This document shows positions 25,746-33,313 of a stretch of DNA of 38,192 nucleotides, piece after piece. The notes under the pieces are model-generated. The model was not told the origin of the DNA, ran no database searches, and saw only the letters and a list, made by a program, of their open reading frames with translations. Origin of the DNA: Patescibacteria group bacterium (GTDB taxonomy: Bacteria > Patescibacteriota > Gracilibacteria > Peribacterales > Peribacteraceae); assembly GCA_018818235.1 (NCBI GenBank), contig JAHISE010000074.1, positions 1-38,192 on the forward strand. Reading direction: 5' to 3'. The position numbers were made by a program, and so were the translations under genes. How positions within the stretch are numbered: the stretch's first letter is position 1; each line of letters begins with the position of its first letter.

Positions 25746-26297
25746 TCAGGAAGTAATACTATTCGATATTGACGATAGCTTCTTCATAACAATTCTGTCA
25801 AACAATTCCCCATCATGATCAACAGCATCCTTTTCTATCCGATTAATCGAAAACCCACACTTCTCATAAACATGTATTGCAGCCTTGTTTTGATCTATTA
25901 CACCTAAATTGACTTCCTTTAGTCCCATCTGATCAAAAGCATAATCGCAAATCAGATTTGTAGCCTCGGTTGCCACTCCCTTCCCCCAATACTCTTTATT
26001 CCCGATAAGAATTCCCATCATAGCTTCACCTTTTTCAAAATCTATCGGCTCAAGCTTGATGTTTCCGATGTGCAGGTCATTCTCTTTCCAAAACATCCCA
26101 AGAAACAGTGTATCGGAACTTCCCTGCCTTTCTGTTATATAACTTTTAAGTTCATCAACTGTTACTTGGCGGGTTTCTAAGTACTTATTAACCTCCGGAT
26201 CATTAAGCCAAGAAGCATAATCTGCGGAAGCATCGGCAACGGTGAGTTCTCGAAGAATAATCTGATCGCCATCAATTGTTTCAACTTCAAGGTGCAT
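25746..26297 (-). CDS. GNAT family N-acetyltransferase (RimJ/RimL-like, Acetyltransf_3)
   Basis: 'ILRELTVADASADYASWLNDPEVNKYL' and 'WGKGVATEA'. The track start at 26396 is a TTG and adds a hydrophobic 33-aa extension. The first ATG is at 26297. Confidence 0.75.
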   Translation of the reverse strand: MHLEVETIDGDQIILRELTVADASADYASWLNDPEVNKYLETRQVTVDELKSYITERQGSSDTLFLGMFWKENDLHIGNIKLEPIDFEKGEAMMGILIGNKEYWGKGVATEATNLICDYAFDQMGLKEVNLGVIDQNKAAIHVYEKCGFSINRIEKDAVDHDGELFDRIVMKKLSSISNSITS

Positions 26298-26376
26298 CGG
26301 TAATAGATTAGAAGTATACAAATAACCGTCAAGCAACAACAGCGTAACTAAAAACCAGTAACTGGCAACTAGCAAC

Positions 26377-27378
26377 TTATTGAGTACTACCAACAACCTC
26401 CACCCCCGACCCCATCACATAAGCCCTCAACTCGTCCCCTGTCAGCCAAACATTGTTCCTATCACTCGTATAACAATATCCTTCTTCCGGGATCGATCCT
26501 TCCCACTCTGTGTACCTCCAAGCAGGATCTTCGGGTTGAATAACGAACATGTCATTAAGTTCAACAGTATGACGAGCTTCATCTTTGGAAAGTAATGCTT
26601 CGTGCAACTTCTCTCCGGGTCTGATACCAATGCACTTGCGCTCACATCCCGGTGCGATCACGTCAGCCAGATCTGTCATCTTCATGCTAGGAATCTTTGG
26701 TACAAAAACTTCCCCACCGTGCATTTGCTCTATGCATTTTATAACGAATCTGACACCCTGATCCAGAGTAATCCAAAACCTTGTCATGCGCTCGTCTGTG
26801 AGTGTGATTGTTCCGGTCTCGCGTTGTTTTTGGAACAAAGGGATTACACTTCCGCGACTTCCGACTACGTTTCCGTAACGTACACAACTAAAGTTGGCTT
26901 CGTCTGATGTGCGATACGAATTGCCCTGAACGAAAACTTTTTCCGCAACTAACTTGGTTGCTCCGTACAAATTAATCGGATTGACTGCTTTGTCCGTACT
27001 TAGTGCCAAAACTCGTCTAACTCCTTCATCAAGGGCGGCAGATACTATGTTTTTGGCTCCCAAGATGTTGGTCTTAACCGCTTCAAACGGATTGTATTCA
27101 CAGGCCGGAACGTGTTTGAGCGCCGCAGCGTGGATTACAAGATCAACACCGTGCATAGCTCTTTGTAACCTGCTCTGATCACGTACATCTCCTATAAAGT
27201 ACCTGAGACTGGGGTGATCAAACCCTTCATTTATTTTCATCTCATGCTGTTTTAGCTCATCACGGCTAAAGATAATTAATTTTTTGGGATTTAACTCTTT
27301 TAGTGCAAGACGAGTAAATGCCTTCCCAAAGGATCCTGTGCCGCCGGTAAGAAGTATGGTGGAATCTGACCAGTTCAT
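26377..27378 (-). CDS. pseB: UDP-N-acetylglucosamine 4,6-dehydratase (inverting), PseB/FlaA1 type SDR
   Basis: 'ILLTGGTGSFGKAF', 'FIGDVRD', 'STDKAVNPINLYGATKLVAEK' (YxxxK). Confidence 0.9.
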   Translation of the reverse strand: MNWSDSTILLTGGTGSFGKAFTRLALKELNPKKLIIFSRDELKQHEMKINEGFDHPSLRYFIGDVRDQSRLQRAMHGVDLVIHAAALKHVPACEYNPFEAVKTNILGAKNIVSAALDEGVRRVLALSTDKAVNPINLYGATKLVAEKVFVQGNSYRTSDEANFSCVRYGNVVGSRGSVIPLFQKQRETGTITLTDERMTRFWITLDQGVRFVIKCIEQMHGGEVFVPKIPSMKMTDLADVIAPGCERKCIGIRPGEKLHEALLSKDEARHTVELNDMFVIQPEDPAWRYTEWEGSIPEEGYCYTSDRNNVWLTGDELRAYVMGSGVEVVGSTQ

Positions 27379-27434
27379 AAGATAGGAGGGGATACTACGC
27401 TAATAATTGAAGAAAACACAAAGGAATAGTAAGG

Positions 27435-27567
27435 AAAATCCCAAAACCCAAATCCCAAAACCCAACGAAATCCCAAACCCAAAATCCCAAACTTCGATCA
27501 TTCTTTAGTTGGGATTTATTATTTGGGGTTTGGGATTTGTATTTTTGTATTTTGGGGTTTGGGTTTT
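27435..27567. repeat. Telomere-like CCCAAA(A)/TTT(T)GGG mirror repeat, copy 1 (C-arm 27435-27492, loop, G-arm 27509-27567)
   Basis: There are seven CCC runs with 3-8 nt A-rich spacers, then 'ttgggatttattatttggggtttgggatttgtatttttgtattttggggtttgggtttt'. The element fills the spacer between the TIM-barrel gene stop (27566) and the pseB start (27378). Confidence 0.8.
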
Positions 27568-28399
27568 AACTAACAATTCCCCTCAAATAATCACATTCCT
27601 TCCAATAGGTTTCTTCCGCATATTTGATCGCATCATCTGCATTGCTTTCGGATATATCACCAAAACCAAAGAACGGATCCCCTTCGCAGATTATAACCGT
27701 ATCAAAGACAAGCTTATGCAATATCCCGGAAAGCAAATCTGATATTTCATCTTTGTTTGTAGCCATACAAACAGGAACATGCGGATATACCTGTCCCCCA
27801 TTTTTTCTTATTTCCCCGCTTATATGCAAATGAGATAGATTGCCGGAATTAATTATTTTTTCTGCGATACTCACAGCGAATGATGGATCCTGTTTTTCAA
27901 ATCCAACTTCGCAGGCATGCTGAAGATCCAATACAATTTGCATTCCATATTTTTCCGAAAGAGAATTTAATGATTCAAAATCTTCAAAAGAAGATTCCGC
28001 CACAGACATGTTTTCTATAGCTATTGGAGTCCCAATACGATCACTAAATATCTGATAAGCCTTCTCGTCCGTATCGGACGGATGAGAAACTATCCTGTCC
28101 GGATTATGTAATTTGATCAAAGCCATTATGTCATCAAGATGCGGCACTACTCCATCCTCGGAAACTTTGATCCTCGAATCTATGTGTATCGAATTGAATT
28201 TGAACCGATCAGCAAATGACTTCCCTTCGAGCAGTGCATCAGTTCGTTCCTGTTCCGAATTACTTAAATTGACTTCAATCGCTTCCAAACCAAACTTTTT
28301 TACAAAAGAGGCACAATCATCTGCACTCAAAATAAGTTTGTTACCCTGCACCCAGCCCATTGATATTCCTAAGCGTGCCATTGTGGCTAAAGAATACAT
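27566..28399 (-). CDS. Xylose isomerase-like / AP endonuclease 2 TIM-barrel protein (sugar-phosphate isomerase/epimerase or phosphodiesterase)
   Basis: The spacing of candidate metal-ligand motifs is typical of this TIM-barrel family: 'AIEVNLS', 'IAIENM', 'IVLDLQHA', 'LSHLHISG'. The call is family level only. Confidence 0.55.
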   Translation of the reverse strand: MYSLATMARLGISMGWVQGNKLILSADDCASFVKKFGLEAIEVNLSNSEQERTDALLEGKSFADRFKFNSIHIDSRIKVSEDGVVPHLDDIMALIKLHNPDRIVSHPSDTDEKAYQIFSDRIGTPIAIENMSVAESSFEDFESLNSLSEKYGMQIVLDLQHACEVGFEKQDPSFAVSIAEKIINSGNLSHLHISGEIRKNGGQVYPHVPVCMATNKDEISDLLSGILHKLVFDTVIICEGDPFFGFGDISESNADDAIKYAEETYWKECDYLRGIVS

Positions 28400-28418
28400 T
28401 AAGTTCTAAATATCGTCA

Positions 28419-28456
28419 CAACGAATAAACGAACAACGAGTAAACGAGAAACGAAT
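28419..28456. repeat. Degenerate tandem (A)ACGA(R) repeat, period ~7-8 nt, five units
   Basis: 'caacgaataaacgaacaacgagtaaacgagaaacgaa' has ACGA cores at 28421, 28429, 28436, 28444 and 28451. It lies in the ABC-exporter/TIM-barrel spacer. Only a weak complementary partner ('cttcgt', ~28468) is present. Confidence 0.45.
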
Positions 28457-28495
28457 CTCCGATTGGCTTCGTATTACATAATCTTACCGACACTA

Positions 28496-30316
28496 TCAGT
28501 CAAAACGCTGCTGCTCCCACAACTCAAAGAACACCCCCTTCTTCTCCAACAACTCATCAAGCCCTCCTTGCTCAACCACTTTGCCTTTTTCCAAAACAAT
28601 AATCTTGTCCGCGTGCTTAATGGTAGAAAGACGATGTGCAATTACAATCGCAGTTCGATCTTTTACAGCTTCGTCGATTGCTTCCTGAATCATTCTCTCC
28701 GTCAGAGTGTCGAGTGAGCTTGTTGCCTCATCCAGAACAAGTATTTCTGAACCTTTAAGCAGTGCACGTGCAATAGAAACTCTTTGTTTTTCTCCTCCGG
28801 AAAGTTTTACGCCTCTATCTCCTATGAGCATATCTATGCCCTGAGGACTTTGCGAAACAAACTCGGACAATCTTGCCTGCTGAATTACTTTTTTGATGTC
28901 TTCATCCGAAACTTTGTCCAAACCGTATGCAATGTTATTCCTGAGAGTATCATGCAGGAGCAAAGTTTCCTGACTTACCAACGCAATGTTGCTGAGCAGT
29001 GACTCAAGTTTAAATTCACGTATGTCCGTGTCATCGATAAACAAGGAGTCGGGAGCGCAATCATAATAACGCATCAATAAACTGACGATTGTTGTTTTTC
29101 CGGATCCTGTTGGCCCGACTATTGCGGTAACTTTTCCTTTTTCGAATTCAATTGAGAGATTTTCCAAAACCTTCCTGCTTTCGGGATATGAAAAATCAAG
29201 ATTCCTGAACTCAATTTGATTATTTATTCCCGTGAATTCCTTATTACCTCCTTTTACAAAGTGTTTCTCGTTGTCTTCGAACACTTCCAAAACTTCATCC
29301 AATGGTCCCGTAGCTTTTGCCAAAGAATTTCGTAAACTGGCAACTACTCCGAACTTATTCGCAGCATTGTACATAAGATAAAAATAAACCAGAAAAGCCG
29401 GTGCGCTCCCTGATTGATCATGCACATGCAAAAACATCATTGCAGCGAATAACAATAGCAATGCGAAAAGCAATATCACTTCGTGGGTCGGATTTATCAT
29501 GTGCTGGAAAACCTCGGATTTAAAATCCAACTTTGATTTCTGGTCACTAATATTGCTGTAACGTTCTTTTTCATAACTTTCTGTTTTATAGGCTTTGACC
29601 AATGCGATTGTTGATAGAATCTCAACTGATTTCTTACCCAGCGCCCCTCCGCGTTCCGCAATTTGGTGTGACATTGTCCTTATCTTTCTGACTATTATCT
29701 TGATAGAAAAATGAAGAACTACAAACAGAGGTAGAATAAACAATGTAAGCTTCCACGAAATCATTGCCATTATTATCATATAAACGAGAAGCGACATTAG
29801 AGCACCAAAATGTTTGCTAACTTCGTAGACAGGCTGGAATGCAAGACCTGTGAATTCGGAAAGTACAATACTTAGTCTCCCAACACTTGAACGATCAAAA
29901 TATAGTTTTCCGAAGCTTACATATCTTGTAAAAATTTGTTTTCGCAGATGATGAATCGCCCGATAAGTAAAAAATGACATGCAAAGCATCGAGCAATATT
30001 TGATTATGTTCTTAAGTAAGAATGCGACTACGAATATTCCGAGCAATACTCCAAACAATGCCTTGTCACTTACAAGTATGGTTGGGGGGAGCATGTTGAT
30101 CGCATCCCCAAGATAAGGAAGCTCTTTTATAAAGCTAAAGTCACGCTCCAGAAAACCATTGAGCAAAGGAATCAAAAGCCCCATTCCCACACCCTCAAAT
30201 GCAGCTGCCAATGCAGCCAACGAAAAGGGTAATAACAGATACGCAGGATGAATGTTTATCCCATTTAGAAGACGAATGATTTTGCCTACGTTATCGAACT
30301 CCCGAGTCTTGGACAT
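28496..30316 (-). CDS. ABC exporter, fused transmembrane + ATP-binding domains (MsbA/type I exporter-like)
   Basis: Six predicted TM helices at the N-terminus, Walker A 'GPTGSGKTT', signature 'LSGGEKQRVSIARAL', Walker B 'ILVLDEATS', and an H-loop 'IAHRLST'. Confidence 0.9.
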   Translation of the reverse strand: MSKTREFDNVGKIIRLLNGINIHPAYLLLPFSLAALAAAFEGVGMGLLIPLLNGFLERDFSFIKELPYLGDAINMLPPTILVSDKALFGVLLGIFVVAFLLKNIIKYCSMLCMSFFTYRAIHHLRKQIFTRYVSFGKLYFDRSSVGRLSIVLSEFTGLAFQPVYEVSKHFGALMSLLVYMIIMAMISWKLTLFILPLFVVLHFSIKIIVRKIRTMSHQIAERGGALGKKSVEILSTIALVKAYKTESYEKERYSNISDQKSKLDFKSEVFQHMINPTHEVILLFALLLLFAAMMFLHVHDQSGSAPAFLVYFYLMYNAANKFGVVASLRNSLAKATGPLDEVLEVFEDNEKHFVKGGNKEFTGINNQIEFRNLDFSYPESRKVLENLSIEFEKGKVTAIVGPTGSGKTTIVSLLMRYYDCAPDSLFIDDTDIREFKLESLLSNIALVSQETLLLHDTLRNNIAYGLDKVSDEDIKKVIQQARLSEFVSQSPQGIDMLIGDRGVKLSGGEKQRVSIARALLKGSEILVLDEATSSLDTLTERMIQEAIDEAVKDRTAIVIAHRLSTIKHADKIIVLEKGKVVEQGGLDELLEKKGVFFELWEQQRFD

Positions 30317-30336
30317 ATGGGGGAAAATAGCCTAGA

Positions 30337-30454
30337 TTTGGGGTTTAAACAAGGAAATGGATTGGAAAATCCCAAAATTCAAATCCCAAATCCCAACAAA
30401 ACCCAATCCCAAATTGCGAGACTTTTGGGTTTTGGGTTTTGGGTTTTAGGATTT
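30337..30454. repeat. Telomere-like CCCAAA/TTTTGGG mirror repeat, copy 2 (C-arm 30367-30413, loop, G-arm 30423-30454 with (TTTTGGG)x3)
   Basis: 'aaatcccaaaattcaaatcccaaatcccaacaaaacccaatcccaaa' - 'ttgcgagac' - 'ttttgggttttgggttttgggttttaggattt'. It has the same orientation and the same position relative to the downstream start codon as copy 1. Confidence 0.8.
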
Positions 30455-30468
30455 CTAATCTCCCACCA

Positions 30469-32070
30469 TCACCTTACCAAATGTAATAAATATCTAATCA
30501 CCGGACTCACTTCAACCCCCTTCGATTTCACTGGCTCCAAAACTACAACTCTCGGCAACCTCCTCCTAATTTGAACATTTGTTTCCTTTGGATACCCAAC
30601 AACATGAGTTACACCGTAATGATCAAATGCTTCTTTGAGTTTTCCGCTCTCAATAATTCTATCCACAGTTTCTAGGTGGAAATATATTTTTTCTCCTTCC
30701 CAGAAATAAAAGTAATCACGATAGGCAATCGGGAATGCAACGACTGAGTCTTCGGGTAACGCATTTAATTGTTCCGCTGCAGCATAAGACATGGGGACTG
30801 TTGAGCGTGCATACAGTTTTGCAAAGTTTCCTCTGTTTGCCTGTACTAATTGCGCCGAAGCAATCAGAACTATTACAAATATCATTTTGTTTGTTGATAT
30901 TTTTGGATGATGTTCGGCCAAAACTTTTCCTATACCTGCTATTCCAACGCCTGCAAGTAATGCGAAAACGAAATGATAGTTCATTAAGTGACTTCGCTGA
31001 TAATGGAATCCAAATCTGACGATAAGTTCATTAGTAAACCAAATACCGAGTATAAAAATCAGAAGTTTTCTATTCTTGCGCCAAAGAATGAGTATTCCCG
31101 GAATGATAAACAGCCACAAGAATGCTCCCCCCATTTCCTCCTGCATAAATAGTGTTGGAAGCCTATTAACAAACAACCAAGCTCCATCTAATACAGATTC
31201 AATCGGAGAAAGCTCATCAACACCAAATACGAACCTATAATGCGTATTCTGAATTTGCTCCAGTTTTGACGCTCCTTCGTGCTTTTCTGTGGATATCTGA
31301 TCATAAAGATCTTTTTCGAACTCGTAAGTCCAGCGATCCGGATAATAATGTGACCATCCCGGTTCACGTGGTTCCAAAATCTTTAGTATCTGATCTGTGC
31401 GCTGCGAAAGTGATTGATTCGGCTTTAGTGAGGCGGCGATAAAGGGTGACGAGAATATTATTCCCGAACAAAATATAAATATTACTCCATTAATAAATGC
31501 ACCTTTCCATTTCTTTCTTTCTGTCCACAAATAAAAGATGAACATCCACGGAAGAAAAAGAATAAACACGTCACGGAACACCATCGCTCCTCCAAATAAA
31601 AGACCGGCGATGATTAATATTGAAGTTTTTCTTTTATTATAAAAACAAATTAATGCAAGTGAGCTCAGAAACACAAACAAGTACCCAACCGAGTATCCAT
31701 CAGGTCGCAGAGCTGTTAACCATGTTAATGGCATTAGTGCGAAAAGTGTTGTTGATCCCCAGGCAACTTTTGCATCGAAAAGTTTTCTGCAAAGTATCCA
31801 CCATGGGATCAGAGCAAGTGCGAGGATTATTGAACCTGTAAACGACCAACCAATTGAGTTGTTCCATCCTACAAGAGGACTAAGAACTGAAATTAAAACA
31901 GGCATGAGTCTGTGACTGTCAATGACAAGACCTCCTCCAGATGCAAACTGTTTTGCATGATCAAGGAATATGAGTCTCCATGGATATCCTGCCATTATTA
32001 CAGGAAGCATCCATAAACTTATTAAAGCTGCTGCAAAGACTATTAGCCAAATAAATTGATTCCTTTTCAT
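30469..32070 (-). CDS. Polytopic membrane protein, possible GT-C fold glycosyltransferase (ArnT/PMT-like) or polymerase/ligase, with C-terminal soluble domain
   Basis: There are about 11-13 hydrophobic helices, a large loop (residues ~215-300) and a ~110-aa C-terminal non-membrane domain. I could not verify a diagnostic motif by eye, so the call is topology and context only. Confidence 0.45.
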   Translation of the reverse strand: MKRNQFIWLIVFAAALISLWMLPVIMAGYPWRLIFLDHAKQFASGGGLVIDSHRLMPVLISVLSPLVGWNNSIGWSFTGSIILALALIPWWILCRKLFDAKVAWGSTTLFALMPLTWLTALRPDGYSVGYLFVFLSSLALICFYNKRKTSILIIAGLLFGGAMVFRDVFILFLPWMFIFYLWTERKKWKGAFINGVIFIFCSGIIFSSPFIAASLKPNQSLSQRTDQILKILEPREPGWSHYYPDRWTYEFEKDLYDQISTEKHEGASKLEQIQNTHYRFVFGVDELSPIESVLDGAWLFVNRLPTLFMQEEMGGAFLWLFIIPGILILWRKNRKLLIFILGIWFTNELIVRFGFHYQRSHLMNYHFVFALLAGVGIAGIGKVLAEHHPKISTNKMIFVIVLIASAQLVQANRGNFAKLYARSTVPMSYAAAEQLNALPEDSVVAFPIAYRDYFYFWEGEKIYFHLETVDRIIESGKLKEAFDHYGVTHVVGYPKETNVQIRRRLPRVVVLEPVKSKGVEVSPVIRYLLHLVR

Positions 32071-32091
32071 GCTGATATGATAGCACTTCTA

Positions 32092-32625
32092 TCAGACTTT
32101 AATTAAGCATCCTTCTTTCTTTATTGGCATCTCTTTTGGCTTTCCTTTGCAAATCTCAAATCCTCGCAAATATGAAATCAACTGAGCACGCCCCTCTTCT
32201 ATCAAAGATATATCGTTATCAATAATCAAATCTGGACTTGCCGGAGGTTCATATGGCCGATCTACTTCTTCCAAGCCTTCACGTTTTACATAAACCCACT
32301 TAGGATCACAAATGGATTCAAGTTCATTGCGAACTTTCTCGAACGGAGCAATTACAGCAACTATCACCAGGAATCCGTGAGCCGAAAGAAGATCCGCAAG
32401 TCGTGCAACTCTCAGATTGTGCCTTCGACGATCCTCGGGTTCAAAACCTTCATCAACCGAAACTGTCGCACGCATTTCATCCCCATCCAGAACCAAAACC
32501 CTGCGTGACAATACGGAAGATCCATCAATGTCTTTATTAAAATAATCACGCACACCAAATGCCAGAGTGGTTTTCCCCGCTCCGGAGTTTCCTGTAAGCC
32601 AAATAACCGGAAAACGATTTTTCAC
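32092..32625 (-). CDS. Adenylylsulfate (APS) kinase family P-loop kinase (CysC-like; substrate uncertain)
   Basis: 'VIWLTGNSGAGKTTLA' (P-loop), 'VLDGDEMR', and 'DRRRHNLRVARLADLL' (the DRxENIRR region). The position equivalent to the CysC 'ISP' serine reads 'IAP'. The GTG start overlaps the upstream stop (GTGA). Confidence 0.8.
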   Translation of the reverse strand: MKNRFPVIWLTGNSGAGKTTLAFGVRDYFNKDIDGSSVLSRRVLVLDGDEMRATVSVDEGFEPEDRRRHNLRVARLADLLSAHGFLVIVAVIAPFEKVRNELESICDPKWVYVKREGLEEVDRPYEPPASPDLIIDNDISLIEEGRAQLISYLRGFEICKGKPKEMPIKKEGCLIKV

Positions 32626-32999
32626 TGCTCAAGTGGGTGAGGATTTTCTTTGTACTCTTTACCTGCATTTGCATAAAGCTCTTTTCTTAAATCAGTTGCT
32701 GATATTTTTTCCGTTTTGTCATCCAGTTGAATGAGTTCGTAACCAACATCTCTTCCTATATACACGCTTAGTTTTGAATCTGGATCATCAACCCGCATGA
32801 TTTGTACTTTTGATTCATCGGGAAATGCAACTCGGATCATTGCTTTGCATTTTTCAAATTCAAATGGATTTTTGTCCGACCTATCTGTATCACGCGAAAG
32901 CACTATGCACTTGTCACAATCTTCAAGAATTTTTTCTATGCATCTTTTGTGCCCATCATGGAAGGGTTGGAAGCGGCCGACGAAAATGCCTGTTTTCAT
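32622..32999 (-). CDS. Small HxGH-type nucleotidyltransferase (cytidylyltransferase-like fold; NMNAT/TagD-size, 125 aa)
   Basis: 'GIFVGRFQPFHDGHKRCIEKIL' carries the (H/T)xGH motif in the GRFQPxHxGH form. The C-terminal 'ISATDLRK' resembles the ISSTxxR motif. It appears translationally coupled to the APS-kinase-like gene. Confidence 0.7.
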   Translation of the reverse strand: MKTGIFVGRFQPFHDGHKRCIEKILEDCDKCIVLSRDTDRSDKNPFEFEKCKAMIRVAFPDESKVQIMRVDDPDSKLSVYIGRDVGYELIQLDDKTEKISATDLRKELYANAGKEYKENPHPLEQ

Positions 33000-33109
33000 T
33001 ATGTGAGAATTAAAACTGTTTGAGGTAGGGATTGCAAGAGGGAAATTGATTTCGCTATCCTACCTTGTACCCCCATCCCCCTGTCCCCCTTCCCCCTCCA
33101 CCCCACTGA

Positions 33110-33133
33110 CCACGGCAATCATGATTGCCGTGG
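33110..33133. repeat. Perfect 24-nt palindrome ccacggcaatca|tgattgccgtgg
   Basis: All 12 base pairs were checked position by position. It lies in the divergent intergenic region between the 32999 (-) and 33314 (+) starts. Confidence 0.95.
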
Positions 33134-33213
33134 CTGACCTGCAGGGGAAAGTGGGAACCCCGCTAACAGAGAAACAAACTCAATTCGAGTAAGCCCCTTC
33201 CCCCTGTGGGCAA

Positions 33214-33239
33214 GCCACGTCAGTCGTGACTGACGTGGC
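33214..33239. repeat. 26-nt palindrome gccacgtcagtc-gt-gactgacgtggc (12-bp arms)
   Basis: Checked position by position. It shares CCACG/CGTGG termini and a TGAC/GTCA core with the 33110 palindrome. Confidence 0.95.
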
Positions 33240-33313
33240 AAGCGGAGTGGAGGGGGAAGGGGTTTGGGGATGGGGGTCTTTCTCTACCAACAACTTCCCC
33301 CTACAATCTCGTT

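Larger units (their letters stand above)
33070..33276. repeat. Nested inverted-repeat element: ~30-nt C-rich/G-rich outer arms enclosing two CCACG...CGTGG palindromes
   Basis: The outer arm 'cccccatccccctgtcccccttccccctccac' (33070-33101) pairs with 'gtggagggggaaggggtttggggatggggg' (33247-33276). The motifs 'ggcaagcggag..tggag.gg' and 'cttgcccac' are shared with the DUF559 cassette flank. Confidence 0.8.

Noticed and set aside
27435-27567. Possible CRISPR array or true telomeric repeat (CCCAAA/TTTGGG units; also at 30337-30454)
   Set aside because: The units are only 6-8 nt, degenerate and contiguous, with no unique spacers of 25-40 nt and no cas genes. Both copies are internal, sit between co-oriented genes, and consist of a C-arm immediately mirrored by a G-arm. 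They are therefore intergenic hairpin repeats, not CRISPR and not chromosome ends.
32092-32625. Plain assimilatory cysC (sulfate assimilation)
   Set aside because: No cysD, cysN, sat or cysH genes are present in the window. The gene is translationally coupled to a small HxGH nucleotidyltransferase inside a glycan cluster. I kept it as 'APS-kinase family, substrate uncertain' rather than naming it cysC.
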